64,000 nucleotides of DNA from Eubacteriales bacterium (lineage in GTDB: Bacteria; Bacillota; Clostridia; Oscillospirales; CAG-272): positions 201,775 to 265,774 of the forward strand of contig JAZNXW010000009.1 in assembly GCA_045594085.1 (NCBI GenBank). The letters run 5' to 3'. Position numbers and translations under genes: made by a program. The notes under the pieces were generated by a model. It did not search any database and was not told the origin of the DNA. It worked only from the letters and a program-made list of their open reading frames with translations. Position 1 is the stretch's first letter, and each line of letters opens with the position of its first letter. Of the stretch, positions 55,937 to 64,000 are shown in pieces.

Positions 55937-58240
55937 TCAGTGCTTACCTATTATTCTGAACGTCATCTTATGACGGAAACGCTCAGAGGTTGCACATTCT
56001 TCTTTTATTTCTCTCTTTTTATCGTTATAAACGATCTTCACCTGCGTATATTCGCCGTTTTCATATTCATATCCGTCGCCTGCGTCGTCATAAACGGTAA
56101 ATTCACCGTCCGCACACGCATATACTCGCACTTCATAAGCCGCATCCGTCATATCGTTGCTGCTCATAAGTGACTTTGCGGTGGGGATCACCGATCCCGC
56201 ACGCACAAACAGCGGAATCTTGTCAGATTGACATTCAATGCTGTAACAGCGTCCGCCCTCATAAAGCTTTTCGGTATAATAATCATACCAAGTACCCGCA
56301 GGCAGATACACGTTAACGGTCATATCGGTGTTTTCAACAGGCACGGATCCGGGACCGTAATGCATCGGACGCGTGATCGGACAAACAAGGAACTCATGGC
56401 CGTACATATATTCGTTCGTTGCCGTATGCGCTTCCCTGTCATCGGGATACGCAAGCGCGAGGGGCGTGATCGGCATCGTACCGTCGAAGGTGACTGCGGC
56501 ATTGACAGAATAAAAATACGGCATAAGCTCATATCTGAGCTTTATCGTCTTTTCAACGGCATCGCGGAAGATCTCACCTCTGTCACCAAACCGCCAAACC
56601 TCACGCGGAGTATCCGTGCCGTGCGAACGGAAAAACGGCGTAAAGCACGCAAACTGAAGCCAACGCGTATAAAGCTCTCTGAATCCGATATCGTTACAGC
56701 CATCGGGATAATCTCCGTCGCGGAACCACTCGTATCCGTCCTTGACGAAGAATCCGCCGACGTCGGAATTCCAGTATGCCTCGCCGCAGACGATGTAATT
56801 CTGCGCAATATGCACCTGTCGTTCGAGCGCTTCCCACGTCGCGCTTACGTCACCCGACCACGTTACGGTTCCGTATCTGTGCTGACCCGAATATCCCGAA
56901 CGCGTAAGATTTATCATTCGTTTATCGGAGCATTTTCTTTGATTTTCATACATTCCGCGCGAATGCTCGAGCGAATATGCATTGATCCTACCGTCGTCTA
57001 TGTATTTCTTGAATTCCCCAACGGAGAGCTTCATGCGCTCAAGAAGCGGAGGTCGCTCCTTTCCGTGCCACACGGCGTCATAAGGCTCGGTGGAATCACA
57101 CCACCAGCCGTCGATGCCATATTTAAAAAGTCCGTCATACGCTTGCTTCCAATACATTGAGCGCGCGTCCTCGTCAAAGGCATCGTAAACGGAGTTATCG
57201 GACAAGAGCTTTCCCGCTGCGGAAAATTCTCTCTTGTCCTCTGAGTCACCAGCGACGTTAGGCCACACGGAAATCATCACATGCGCATCAAGCTCGTGGA
57301 TGCGCTTTGTCATGGAATACGGATCGTAATAACGCGACTCATCGAAGTGCTTGTTACCCCACAAACCGTTTTTCCAGTACTGCCAGTCCTGCACTATTCC
57401 GTCGATGGGAACGTTCAGCGCCCTGTACTTTTCCACGATTGAGACAAGCTCATCCTGAGTGGAATATTTTTCTTTTGATTGAATATAGCCGCAAGCCCAT
57501 CTCGGAAGCATCGGAGTCACACCGGTCAGATAACGGTATTCTCGGCACACCCCATCGTAATCCTTGCCGTAAATGAAATAATAATCAATCGTTTCAACGG
57601 AATCGAGGTAGACATTGGCATGGCTTTCGTCCGTTGCGTCAAAGGTCATCATCGAGGTGCAATCAAAGAGATATGCATACCCCTTCGAGGAAACGAAATA
57701 CGGAACGGCAATACGCATATTCTCCTGATAAAGCGGAATAAAATGCCCTTTTAAGCTCGGATAGCCTTCTTCGTGGCTTCCGAGTCCGAAAAGCGTTTCA
57801 TCCTCTGTAAAATAAAGCGTCAGATTTGCGTGATTTGACGTTCTGACAAACTCTTTTGTTCCTCCGAGTCTTGATGAACGAACTCCGTCCACCGTTTGCC
57901 TCAGTTCAAATGCACCGCCGAGATCGCGGTACATCTCATACGGCTCAAGCGCACGGTCGCGCTCACACGAAAGAAGTGCACCGTCTGCACTTTCATAGCG
58001 TACGGAAAGCGTCTTTTTATCAACACAGATACGCATTTCGTCTGTGGAAATGACATATTCATCATCGCTCTCCCGACTTTGAGCTATAGCCTCTTCCGGC
58101 ATAGGAGACGGCGCCGTCACGATCATACTTGAGGGGATCTGTGACATCAAGGAGCCGTAAGTAATTCTTGCGATCCTTGAGTTATAAAGCGTAATTCGAA
58201 GAGAATGATCGCTTGTATTAAACTTGAATACAGAATTCAT
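55937..58240 (-). CDS. Glycoside hydrolase family 31 (alpha-glucosidase/alpha-xylosidase-like)
   Basis: ..PIDGIVQDWQYW.., ..GIDGWWCDSTEP.. (nucleophile region) and ..TWSGDVSATWEAL.. are GH31 blocks. 767 aa. Confidence 0.85.
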   Translation of the reverse strand: MNSVFKFNTSDHSLRITLYNSRIARITYGSLMSQIPSSMIVTAPSPMPEEAIAQSRESDDEYVISTDEMRICVDKKTLSVRYESADGALLSCERDRALEPYEMYRDLGGAFELRQTVDGVRSSRLGGTKEFVRTSNHANLTLYFTEDETLFGLGSHEEGYPSLKGHFIPLYQENMRIAVPYFVSSKGYAYLFDCTSMMTFDATDESHANVYLDSVETIDYYFIYGKDYDGVCREYRYLTGVTPMLPRWACGYIQSKEKYSTQDELVSIVEKYRALNVPIDGIVQDWQYWKNGLWGNKHFDESRYYDPYSMTKRIHELDAHVMISVWPNVAGDSEDKREFSAAGKLLSDNSVYDAFDEDARSMYWKQAYDGLFKYGIDGWWCDSTEPYDAVWHGKERPPLLERMKLSVGEFKKYIDDGRINAYSLEHSRGMYENQRKCSDKRMINLTRSGYSGQHRYGTVTWSGDVSATWEALERQVHIAQNYIVCGEAYWNSDVGGFFVKDGYEWFRDGDYPDGCNDIGFRELYTRWLQFACFTPFFRSHGTDTPREVWRFGDRGEIFRDAVEKTIKLRYELMPYFYSVNAAVTFDGTMPITPLALAYPDDREAHTATNEYMYGHEFLVCPITRPMHYGPGSVPVENTDMTVNVYLPAGTWYDYYTEKLYEGGRCYSIECQSDKIPLFVRAGSVIPTAKSLMSSNDMTDAAYEVRVYACADGEFTVYDDAGDGYEYENGEYTQVKIVYNDKKREIKEECATSERFRHKMTFRIIGKH

Positions 58241-59118
58241 TTGTCGTGTCCTTTTCCTTTCAGCCAGGAAAGCGGAGTCTCGCCTGTGGCGCTTTTGAAA
58301 AGCTTAATGAAATAGCTTATGTTCGGTATTCCTACAGCCATAGCTGTTTCCGTAACGTTATGTCCGCTATCAAGAAGCTTATACGCCGCTCTCAGTCTGA
58401 TAGAATTGATGTAATTAATCGGAGTTGTTCCCACGTAATCACGGAACAAGCGGTACAGATACGTCGGAGATACGTTGATTTTTTTGGCGAGCTCACCTAC
58501 GGTAAGGTTTTCCGAATAATGCTCGTCAATATAATGCATCGCATCGGCAACGTAATGCATGCCGTAAAGATTATACGCGTTGATATATTCAAAGTGATTA
58601 GCCTTCATTGCCGCCGCAAAAACAGCATATAAAAGCGATATAACCGAGCAGCTTTCGTATCCGTAGGACACGGTTTCTTCCGCATAATCCAATATAAGTT
58701 TCACAACAGGAAGAAGTTCTTCGTAAAGCGTAGAATCACGTTCGACCTTTTCCTTGAATCTGCGGTTTTGTGCTATAATGTCATCGATAAGGTCATTGCA
58801 AGGGTTATTGCCTGCTGAAATCTTCAAGAGATTCGGATCAAAAACGATGTGGATCATGAGTCCGTGCTTTTTTCGGAAGGTACGGTGAAGCACGCTCGGA
58901 TTCACAAAGAAAATGCTTCCGGGCTCCATATCGTACGCCTTATCGTTTATATATAACGTACCGTACGTCTCCGAATAAACGATCTCCATTGCCGTGTGCC
59001 AATGAGGCGGCACAAGCGGAACGTTTTCGCCATCATCCGGCATGCGGTAACACCAAAACTTGAAGTCGTTTGAGTCACGTCGATTTTCAATTTCAAAATG
59101 TGCGTCTCTGTTATCCAT
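58237..59118 (-). CDS. AraC-family transcriptional regulator (cupin-like N-terminus plus HTH)
   Basis: VGELAKKINVSPTYLYRLFRDYVGTTPINYINSIRLRAAYKLL. The stop overlaps the GH31 ATG (ATGA). Start set to ATG 59118 (AGGTGA RBS) rather than GTG 59127. Confidence 0.85.
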   Translation of the reverse strand: MDNRDAHFEIENRRDSNDFKFWCYRMPDDGENVPLVPPHWHTAMEIVYSETYGTLYINDKAYDMEPGSIFFVNPSVLHRTFRKKHGLMIHIVFDPNLLKISAGNNPCNDLIDDIIAQNRRFKEKVERDSTLYEELLPVVKLILDYAEETVSYGYESCSVISLLYAVFAAAMKANHFEYINAYNLYGMHYVADAMHYIDEHYSENLTVGELAKKINVSPTYLYRLFRDYVGTTPINYINSIRLRAAYKLLDSGHNVTETAMAVGIPNISYFIKLFKSATGETPLSWLKGKGHDK

Positions 59119-59250
59119 CCGTATCACCTTTACGTTTTATAGTGACATTGAGTCAGCGTTTTTCGCTACTTCTTTCAGTATACTCCCAAAAATCAGAGAT
59201 TCAAGTACGGAAAACGTTTTTTATTGGGCGGACTCTCCGATTTATTTATA

Positions 59251-59293
59251 AAAGGATCATTTCCGACAATTTGACTCACGAAAATGATCCTTT
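59251..59293 (-). terminator. Terminator-like 12-bp hairpin after the lipoprotein gene
   Basis: AAAGGATCATTT (59251-59262) pairs with AAATGATCCTTT (59282-59293), with a 19-nt loop and a weak U-run. Confidence 0.45.
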
Positions 59294-59303
59294 ATTAACA
59301 ATC

Positions 59304-60005
59304 TTATTTTGTAAGATATGCTCCGGTTATCGTGAGATATACAAATGTACCGGATTCTTCAACAGCGCAAAGGCCCATCTGATTGATCACGTCACCTGCT
59401 GCAAAGCTTTCATGAGTGAGGAAAGCCTCGGTGGGAACGTAGAATACGCCATCGCCGTAAACATTCATCGTTGCAAAGCTCGATGCCTGATACGTCATAT
59501 CGGCAGGACCCCACGCGAACCAGGAATTGCAGAGGAATTCGGTCTTTGTTTCATCTGTGTGAAGGAACTTGAACATGAGTGCGATAGTGGAAAACTCGTC
59601 GCAGTAATCGGTCGTATAGGTGAATGCGAAGTAGCTGTACTCATTGAGAAGATCTTCGGTTATGACGTTTGTCATCTGGGTGTTGTCATCTCCGAGGATC
59701 CACTGTCCGTTTCCATCCTCAAGCATAAAATCGCTTACGAGAATATCATCGGAAAGATCAAGAGCTTCATCAAAATTGCAGGGGACATCAGTCTGTACGG
59801 GAAGCTCAAATTCCGGTTCAGTTTCTTCTTCCGTCTCTTCTTCGGATTCGGATTCGGATTCATCACCCTTTGTCGAGGTATCCTCAACAGAGTTAGTGTC
59901 TGCCGCAGAATCGTTTGTATCATTTGTATCAGATTCGTCCGAGCAGGACGCCATCATGGAAATGATCATAACGATCGCAAGAATAAGGGTTACTGTTCTT
60001 TTCAT
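59304..60005 (-). CDS. Hypothetical lipoprotein with an acidic Ser/Glu/Asp/Thr-rich linker
   Basis: Lipobox MMASC, low-complexity acidic linker (includes the GGATTC x3 repeat encoding ESESE), and a ~150-aa C-terminal domain I do not recognise. Confidence 0.6.
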   Translation of the reverse strand: MKRTVTLILAIVMIISMMASCSDESDTNDTNDSAADTNSVEDTSTKGDESESESEEETEEETEPEFELPVQTDVPCNFDEALDLSDDILVSDFMLEDGNGQWILGDDNTQMTNVITEDLLNEYSYFAFTYTTDYCDEFSTIALMFKFLHTDETKTEFLCNSWFAWGPADMTYQASSFATMNVYGDGVFYVPTEAFLTHESFAAGDVINQMGLCAVEESGTFVYLTITGAYLTK

Positions 60006-60292
60006 TGATACAATTCTCCTTTTAATAAGATTTTATCCGATTTTCGGATATTTTTGATTCCGTCAATTCTTCGGAATCGGTTTTACAAATATATTTTATT
60101 ACATCCCGGCTTTTTCGCGCTACAAAAATACAGCACCACAATAACACTATTCTACACAAATGAAAGTCATGCTTCTGTTCTGTGGCACATTCTTGACACT
60201 ATTTATCATAAAAATAGTGGGGTGTAAAAAGAAGAGTCTCTTGAGTGCATTTTCGGAAATGACAAATTGAAAACTTTTTTTCGTTTAATTGA

Positions 60293-60321
60293 TTGACATC
60301 GGCAAAAACAAATGTTAAGAT
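60293..60321 (+). promoter_or_regulatory. Candidate promoter (TTGACA-17 nt-TAAGAT)
   Basis: -35 at 60293-60298, -10 at 60316-60321. Confidence 0.5.
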
Positions 60322-60365
60322 AAAGGCGACTATATAAAATTATATATAAAGGAGCGTATTCAGAT

Positions 60366-61964
60366 ATGAAATGTCCCAACTGCGGCGTCGAATATACCGA
60401 AAACGTCGCTTTCTGCACATCCTGCGGCACTCCCATGACTGCACAGGAAACACCCGCGGCTGAGCCCGCACAGTCCCAAAACAGCTTGAACAACGCGCTT
60501 GATCAGCTCATGGATAAGCTGACTCCCGTTGCCGTAAAGATCAAGAAATTCCTCTCTGTCAAGAAGAATCTTATGATCGTAGGCGGCGCGCTTGTCGCTC
60601 TTCTCCTTCTCATCATCGTTGTTTCCGCTGTTTCTTCCGCTAACACCGGATTCGAAACCTACGACAACTACTACTCCATCTCCGCAAATGAAGACGACGA
60701 AGTTGTTATCCTCAACAAGGGGCAGGTAATCGAGACCTCCATCGAGTACACAGGCTCCGTCTCCTCCTCTCACTCTCACGACGGTAAGACCTACGCGTTC
60801 CTTTCGGCAGGCAATCTCGCTTACGTAAAGGGCGGAAAGGTAGTTGAGGTTGAAGAAGAAGTCACCGGCTTCAAACTCTCCGCAGACGGCAAGGCTATCG
60901 TTTACACAGCAGACGAAGGCACATCCCTTTATCTCTATCCCATCGGCGGCACGGCTGCAAAGATCGAAGATGACGTAAGCATCAGATCCTTCGCTGTTTC
61001 TCCCAACGGCAAGAGCGTTCTTTATTCCGTTTACGATGACGACGAAGAAGGAAAGACTCCCGTTTACTTCTACAACGGCAAGGATTCCGTAAAGATCGCA
61101 TCCAACGGCTCCGCTCTGGGTGTATCCGACGGCGGCAAGTACATCTACTACTCCTCCGTCAACGACAAGGGCGAAAACATTGCATACTTCTACAACAAGA
61201 ACAAGGAAGAAAAGACCAAGCTCGAAACCCTCGCCCGCATTCAGTTCAACTCCGATCTCTCTCAGGCACTTATCGTAAACGACGAATACAAGACCTACAT
61301 AAGCACCAAGGGCGGCGAAGCTGAAAAGGTAAGCAGCAAGTCCGTTTACCTCATCACATCAAAGGCCTTCACCGTTAACAACGTAAGCGCAGTTGATAAT
61401 TTCTACGGCAAGCTTTTCTTAAGCGCTGATAACGATATTTACAGGATCGAAAAGAACGCAGACAAGACAATAAAGCTCGTTTCCAACTGCTACGGTGTTT
61501 CCGTTGACGAGTCCTACGAAACGATCCACTATACAGATGATGACGGCGATTTCTTCGTAACAAAGGTAAGCTACGGCGAAAAGGCAAAGGATAAGGCTAA
61601 GATGATCGCCGAAGAGGTTTACGATTTCGTTATCACCTCTGACGGAAAGCTCGCTTACTACAGATCCGAAGAAGACGTATTTGTAATCAATGCAAAGGGC
61701 TCCGGCAAGGCAAAGCGCGTTTCCTCCGATGACGTTAATTCCTATCTTTCCATTGACGACAAGGACGTTGTATATTTCTCCTGCGATGAAGACCTCCATG
61801 CAGTAAAGGGCAAGAAGGCTTCCACCGTTGTTCTTGAGGAATATCTTGAGCGTTATCTCAGAGGCGGCTATATGTACGCTATCGACGAGGATTCCTACTA
61901 TTACCTCAAGGGAACAAAGGCTGAAAAGCTCTTTGATTACTCCGATCTCATTCTCGGCTGGTAA
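60366..61964 (+). CDS. Zinc-ribbon / single-TM / extracytoplasmic beta-propeller-like (TolB/PD40-like repeats) protein
   Basis: MKCPNCGVEY..CTSCGTPM zinc ribbon, TM LMIVGGALVALLLLIIVVSAV, then repeated ..S.DGK.I.Y.. style blades. AAAGGAG RBS. Confidence 0.7.
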   Translation: MKCPNCGVEYTENVAFCTSCGTPMTAQETPAAEPAQSQNSLNNALDQLMDKLTPVAVKIKKFLSVKKNLMIVGGALVALLLLIIVVSAVSSANTGFETYDNYYSISANEDDEVVILNKGQVIETSIEYTGSVSSSHSHDGKTYAFLSAGNLAYVKGGKVVEVEEEVTGFKLSADGKAIVYTADEGTSLYLYPIGGTAAKIEDDVSIRSFAVSPNGKSVLYSVYDDDEEGKTPVYFYNGKDSVKIASNGSALGVSDGGKYIYYSSVNDKGENIAYFYNKNKEEKTKLETLARIQFNSDLSQALIVNDEYKTYISTKGGEAEKVSSKSVYLITSKAFTVNNVSAVDNFYGKLFLSADNDIYRIEKNADKTIKLVSNCYGVSVDESYETIHYTDDDGDFFVTKVSYGEKAKDKAKMIAEEVYDFVITSDGKLAYYRSEEDVFVINAKGSGKAKRVSSDDVNSYLSIDDKDVVYFSCDEDLHAVKGKKASTVVLEEYLERYLRGGYMYAIDEDSYYYLKGTKAEKLFDYSDLILGW

Positions 61965-61974
61965 ACCGAATAAT

Positions 61975-62008
61975 AAAAACTCCCGTGCCACATCACGGGA
62001 GTTTTTTT
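61975..62008. terminator. Bidirectional rho-independent terminator
   Basis: CTCCCGTG (61980-61987) pairs with CACGGGAG (61994-62001), 6-nt loop, A5 before and T7 after. Confidence 0.88.
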
Positions 62009-63359
62009 ACTGTTTATTCTGTTTCGGGAACGTGACGGTGACTGTTGTTCCCTCTCCGAGCTTGCTCGAAAGGTCGATCTTGCCTCCATGAAGCACGACT
62101 CCGTTTTTGACGATGGAAAGTCCGAGTCCCGTGCCGCCCATTGAGCGCGAATGGCTCTTGTCTACGCGGTAAAATCTCTCAAAGACTCGCGCGACATCAT
62201 CTTCGGGGATACCGATGCCCGTATCCTCGACACGAATGAACACGGTCGAATCGTTTTCTCCCGTCGTCAGCGTGACCTTTCCGCCGGGTTTATTATACTT
62301 TATTGCATTATCGCACAGATTGTACACGATCTCGTGAATGATATTTTCGATTCCCGAGAGCAGCGCGCTTTTTCCGTCAATGAAAAGCGAAACGTCCGCT
62401 TTTGCGGCAGCTTCCGTGAGCCGCTTCACCGTTTTATCCGCAACCTCGTAAAGATCGACGTTCGTTCTTTCGGGAACCGCGTTTTCGTCGAGCTTGGAAA
62501 GCTCCATTATGTCGTTGACAAGCACGATCAAATGCTGCGCCTCATTATAAATATTGCTCGCAAATCGCGGCACATCCTCCGCTTTGACAAGTCCCGCAGA
62601 CATAAGCTCCGCCGCTCCGGATATCGTAGTAAGCGGTGTTTTCAGCTCATGTGAAACGTTTGCGGTAAATTCCCGACGGTACGAATCCTGCATTTCGTGC
62701 TCCGTGCGAAGCGCCTGCATCTGCTTATCGATCTCAAGATTCTGTTCGTGTATTTTTTCAACAAGCGGCTGAAGCTCGGAATAAACGTCTCTGCTGTCGG
62801 GCGCATCAAGATCGATATCGTTGATCGGATCCGTTATGGCAGATGAAACGCGTGCCGCCAGGATCAGAGACATAAATATCGCAACAGACACAATGATTAT
62901 AACAGGAGAAATAAGATCGATTATCAGCGTCATAACCGTATAATTTATACCCGAAACGCGAAGCACTCCGCCATCGGAAAGACGCACTGCGCAGTACGCT
63001 ATCTCCGCGCCCTGCTTTGTCGAATAGCGCACAGCCTCACCGATTCCGTCTTCCTTGGCGGTTATGAACTCCTCCGTATGCGAATAATCAGTAGAATATT
63101 CCTCGGGGAAGGTATCAAATACGACGTCACCTGCATCGGATATTACGGTTATGCGGTTCGAGACCTCATCCGTAAGCGTCGAAAGAAACTCATCTCCGCC
63201 TATTCCGTACGCAGAGGCAAGGTAGAGAGCTTCGTTGCGCAGCTCATCAACGTATCTTTCTGAAAAGTACGTATAAAGCACGCTGAGTATCAGGGCAAGG
63301 CAAAGCAGAAACACCACCATCGCGACAGCGAAAGTGCTTAAAAAGAGCTTACCTCTCAC
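62007..63359 (-). CDS. Sensor histidine kinase (two TM, PhoR/VicK-like HisKA plus HATPase_c)
   Basis: H-box SHELKTPLTTISG, N-box DNAIKYN, G-boxes EDTGIGIP and GGTGLGLSIVK. Start set to GTG 63359 (GGAGG 5 nt upstream), overlapping the regulator stop. Confidence 0.85.
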   Translation of the reverse strand: MRGKLFLSTFAVAMVVFLLCLALILSVLYTYFSERYVDELRNEALYLASAYGIGGDEFLSTLTDEVSNRITVISDAGDVVFDTFPEEYSTDYSHTEEFITAKEDGIGEAVRYSTKQGAEIAYCAVRLSDGGVLRVSGINYTVMTLIIDLISPVIIIVSVAIFMSLILAARVSSAITDPINDIDLDAPDSRDVYSELQPLVEKIHEQNLEIDKQMQALRTEHEMQDSYRREFTANVSHELKTPLTTISGAAELMSAGLVKAEDVPRFASNIYNEAQHLIVLVNDIMELSKLDENAVPERTNVDLYEVADKTVKRLTEAAAKADVSLFIDGKSALLSGIENIIHEIVYNLCDNAIKYNKPGGKVTLTTGENDSTVFIRVEDTGIGIPEDDVARVFERFYRVDKSHSRSMGGTGLGLSIVKNGVVLHGGKIDLSSKLGEGTTVTVTFPKQNKQ

Positions 63360-64000
63360 CTTTTCCTCCGATCTTATAGCCGACTCCGCGTATGGTTTCA
63401 ATGAGCTGTCCCGCGTCACCGAGCTTTTGACGGAGCGTTCTTATATGTACGTCCACCGTACGGCTCTCGCCGTCAAAGGAGTATCCCCAGATGCGATCGT
63501 GGATCATATCGCGGGTCAGAACCATATTTTGATTTTTCAAGAGCAGACAAAGAAGCTCAAACTCCTTGAGTGTCAAGGTGATGCTTTCGCCGTTTACCGT
63601 AACGGAATGTCCGATTTCGGAAACAACAAGCGGTCCGACAGCGTATTCGCTCGCCTTATCCATACGTTCGACACGGCGCAAAAGCGCTTTGATACGCGAA
63701 ATGAGCTCCATCATACCAAACGGCTTGCATATATAATCGTCTGCACCCATATCGAGTCCGACCACCTTATCGTATTCGGTTCCCTTCGCCGTAAGCATAA
63801 TGATCGGGATCATTTTTGTCACGGATGATTCACGCAGGCGCGCAAGGACAGTGAGTCCGTCCGTTTCGGGGAGCATTATATCAAGCAGGATAAGATCGGG
63901 AAGCTTATCCTCAACAGCAGAATAAAACTCCGACGGTCGTTCGAATCCTTTGGCTTCAAGTCCAACGCTTTCAATGGCGTATACGACGATATCACGTATG
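63349..64000 (-). CDS. OmpR-family response regulator; N-terminus runs off the window
   Basis: The frame stays open beyond the track's Met at 63876 (..DLILLDIMLPETDG..). Receiver domain plus winged helix LTLKEFELLCLLLKN..RTVDVHIRTLRQKL. Confidence 0.88.
   Translation of the reverse strand, partial: IRDIVVYAIESVGLEAKGFERPSEFYSAVEDKLPDLILLDIMLPETDGLTVLARLRESSVTKMIPIIMLTAKGTEYDKVVGLDMGADDYICKPFGMMELISRIKALLRRVERMDKASEYAVGPLVVSEIGHSVTVNGESITLTLKEFELLCLLLKNQNMVLTRDMIHDRIWGYSFDGESRTVDVHIRTLRQKLGDAGQLIETIRGVGYKIGGKGER

Noticed and set aside
59845-59875. GGATTC x3 tandem repeat.
   Set aside because: It lies in frame within the lipoprotein gene (reverse strand) and encodes an acidic Glu/Ser linker. 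It is ordinary low-complexity coding sequence.
1-64000. Window-wide scan for CRISPR arrays, rRNA, RNase P, tmRNA, SRP RNA, group II intron domain V, transposases and integrases.
   Set aside because: I found no regularly spaced direct repeats and no hallmark strings (GAGGAAAGTCC, GTCAGGTCCGGAAGGAAGCAGC, GAGCCGTAT..) by eye. No ORF has DDE, tyrosine-recombinase or serine-recombinase signatures. This was an eye scan only, so short or degenerate elements could have been missed.

Overview
This is a chromosomal segment of a spore-forming Firmicute, probably Clostridia or Oscillospirales-like; that guess is an inference from gene content (SpoIID, CotH, DUF1540, glycyl-radical enzyme, Na+-decarboxylase, GlnRS). 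It is densely packed with about 49 protein genes and one tRNA. Most of it is housekeeping: glnS (missing from the ORF track because it runs off the left edge), gltX, argS, prs, trmO, prfA, tsaC, a parC-like gene, coaE, ppiB and yebC. These are interleaved with several accessory modules:
1. A biotin-dependent Na+-pump decarboxylase operon carrying both a 12S-type and a 5S-type carboxyltransferase (5.2-10.2 kb).
2. A MoxR / DUF58 / DUF4129 / XpaC-like operon (12.6-17.7 kb).
3. Two ABC exporter genes flanking a DUF1854 gene, each exporter with a paralogous N-terminal domain plus zinc ribbon (18.1-23.3 kb).
4. A glycyl-radical enzyme with its activase, an alpha/beta hydrolase and a PHP protein behind a consensus promoter (31.5-36.4 kb).
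5. A fucose/glycan neighbourhood: fucI, fucA-like, wall-anchored malectin-like protein, 1056-aa beta-helix lipoprotein, solute-binding protein, GH31 and AraC (47.5-59.1 kb).
6. A zinc-ribbon/beta-propeller membrane protein next to a two-component system (60.4-64.0 kb).

The least explained stretch is a coding desert of about 1.1 kb (11559-12648). It has its own near-consensus promoter, a structured leader of about 150 nt ending in an intrinsic terminator, an ORF-free body with a perfect 12-bp inverted repeat, and a second terminator. I rank it as the best candidate for an undescribed RNA element, though it could also be a decayed riboswitch-controlled locus. Other non-coding oddities are a tRNA-Pro(GGG) followed 112 nt later by a CCA-bearing copy of its own 3' end, a repeated hairpin motif in the gltX leader, and a promoter-hairpin-U-tract mini-unit upstream of moxR. 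I found no CRISPR array, integrase, transposase or rRNA. All coordinates, spacings and folds were counted by hand, and no database search was run.
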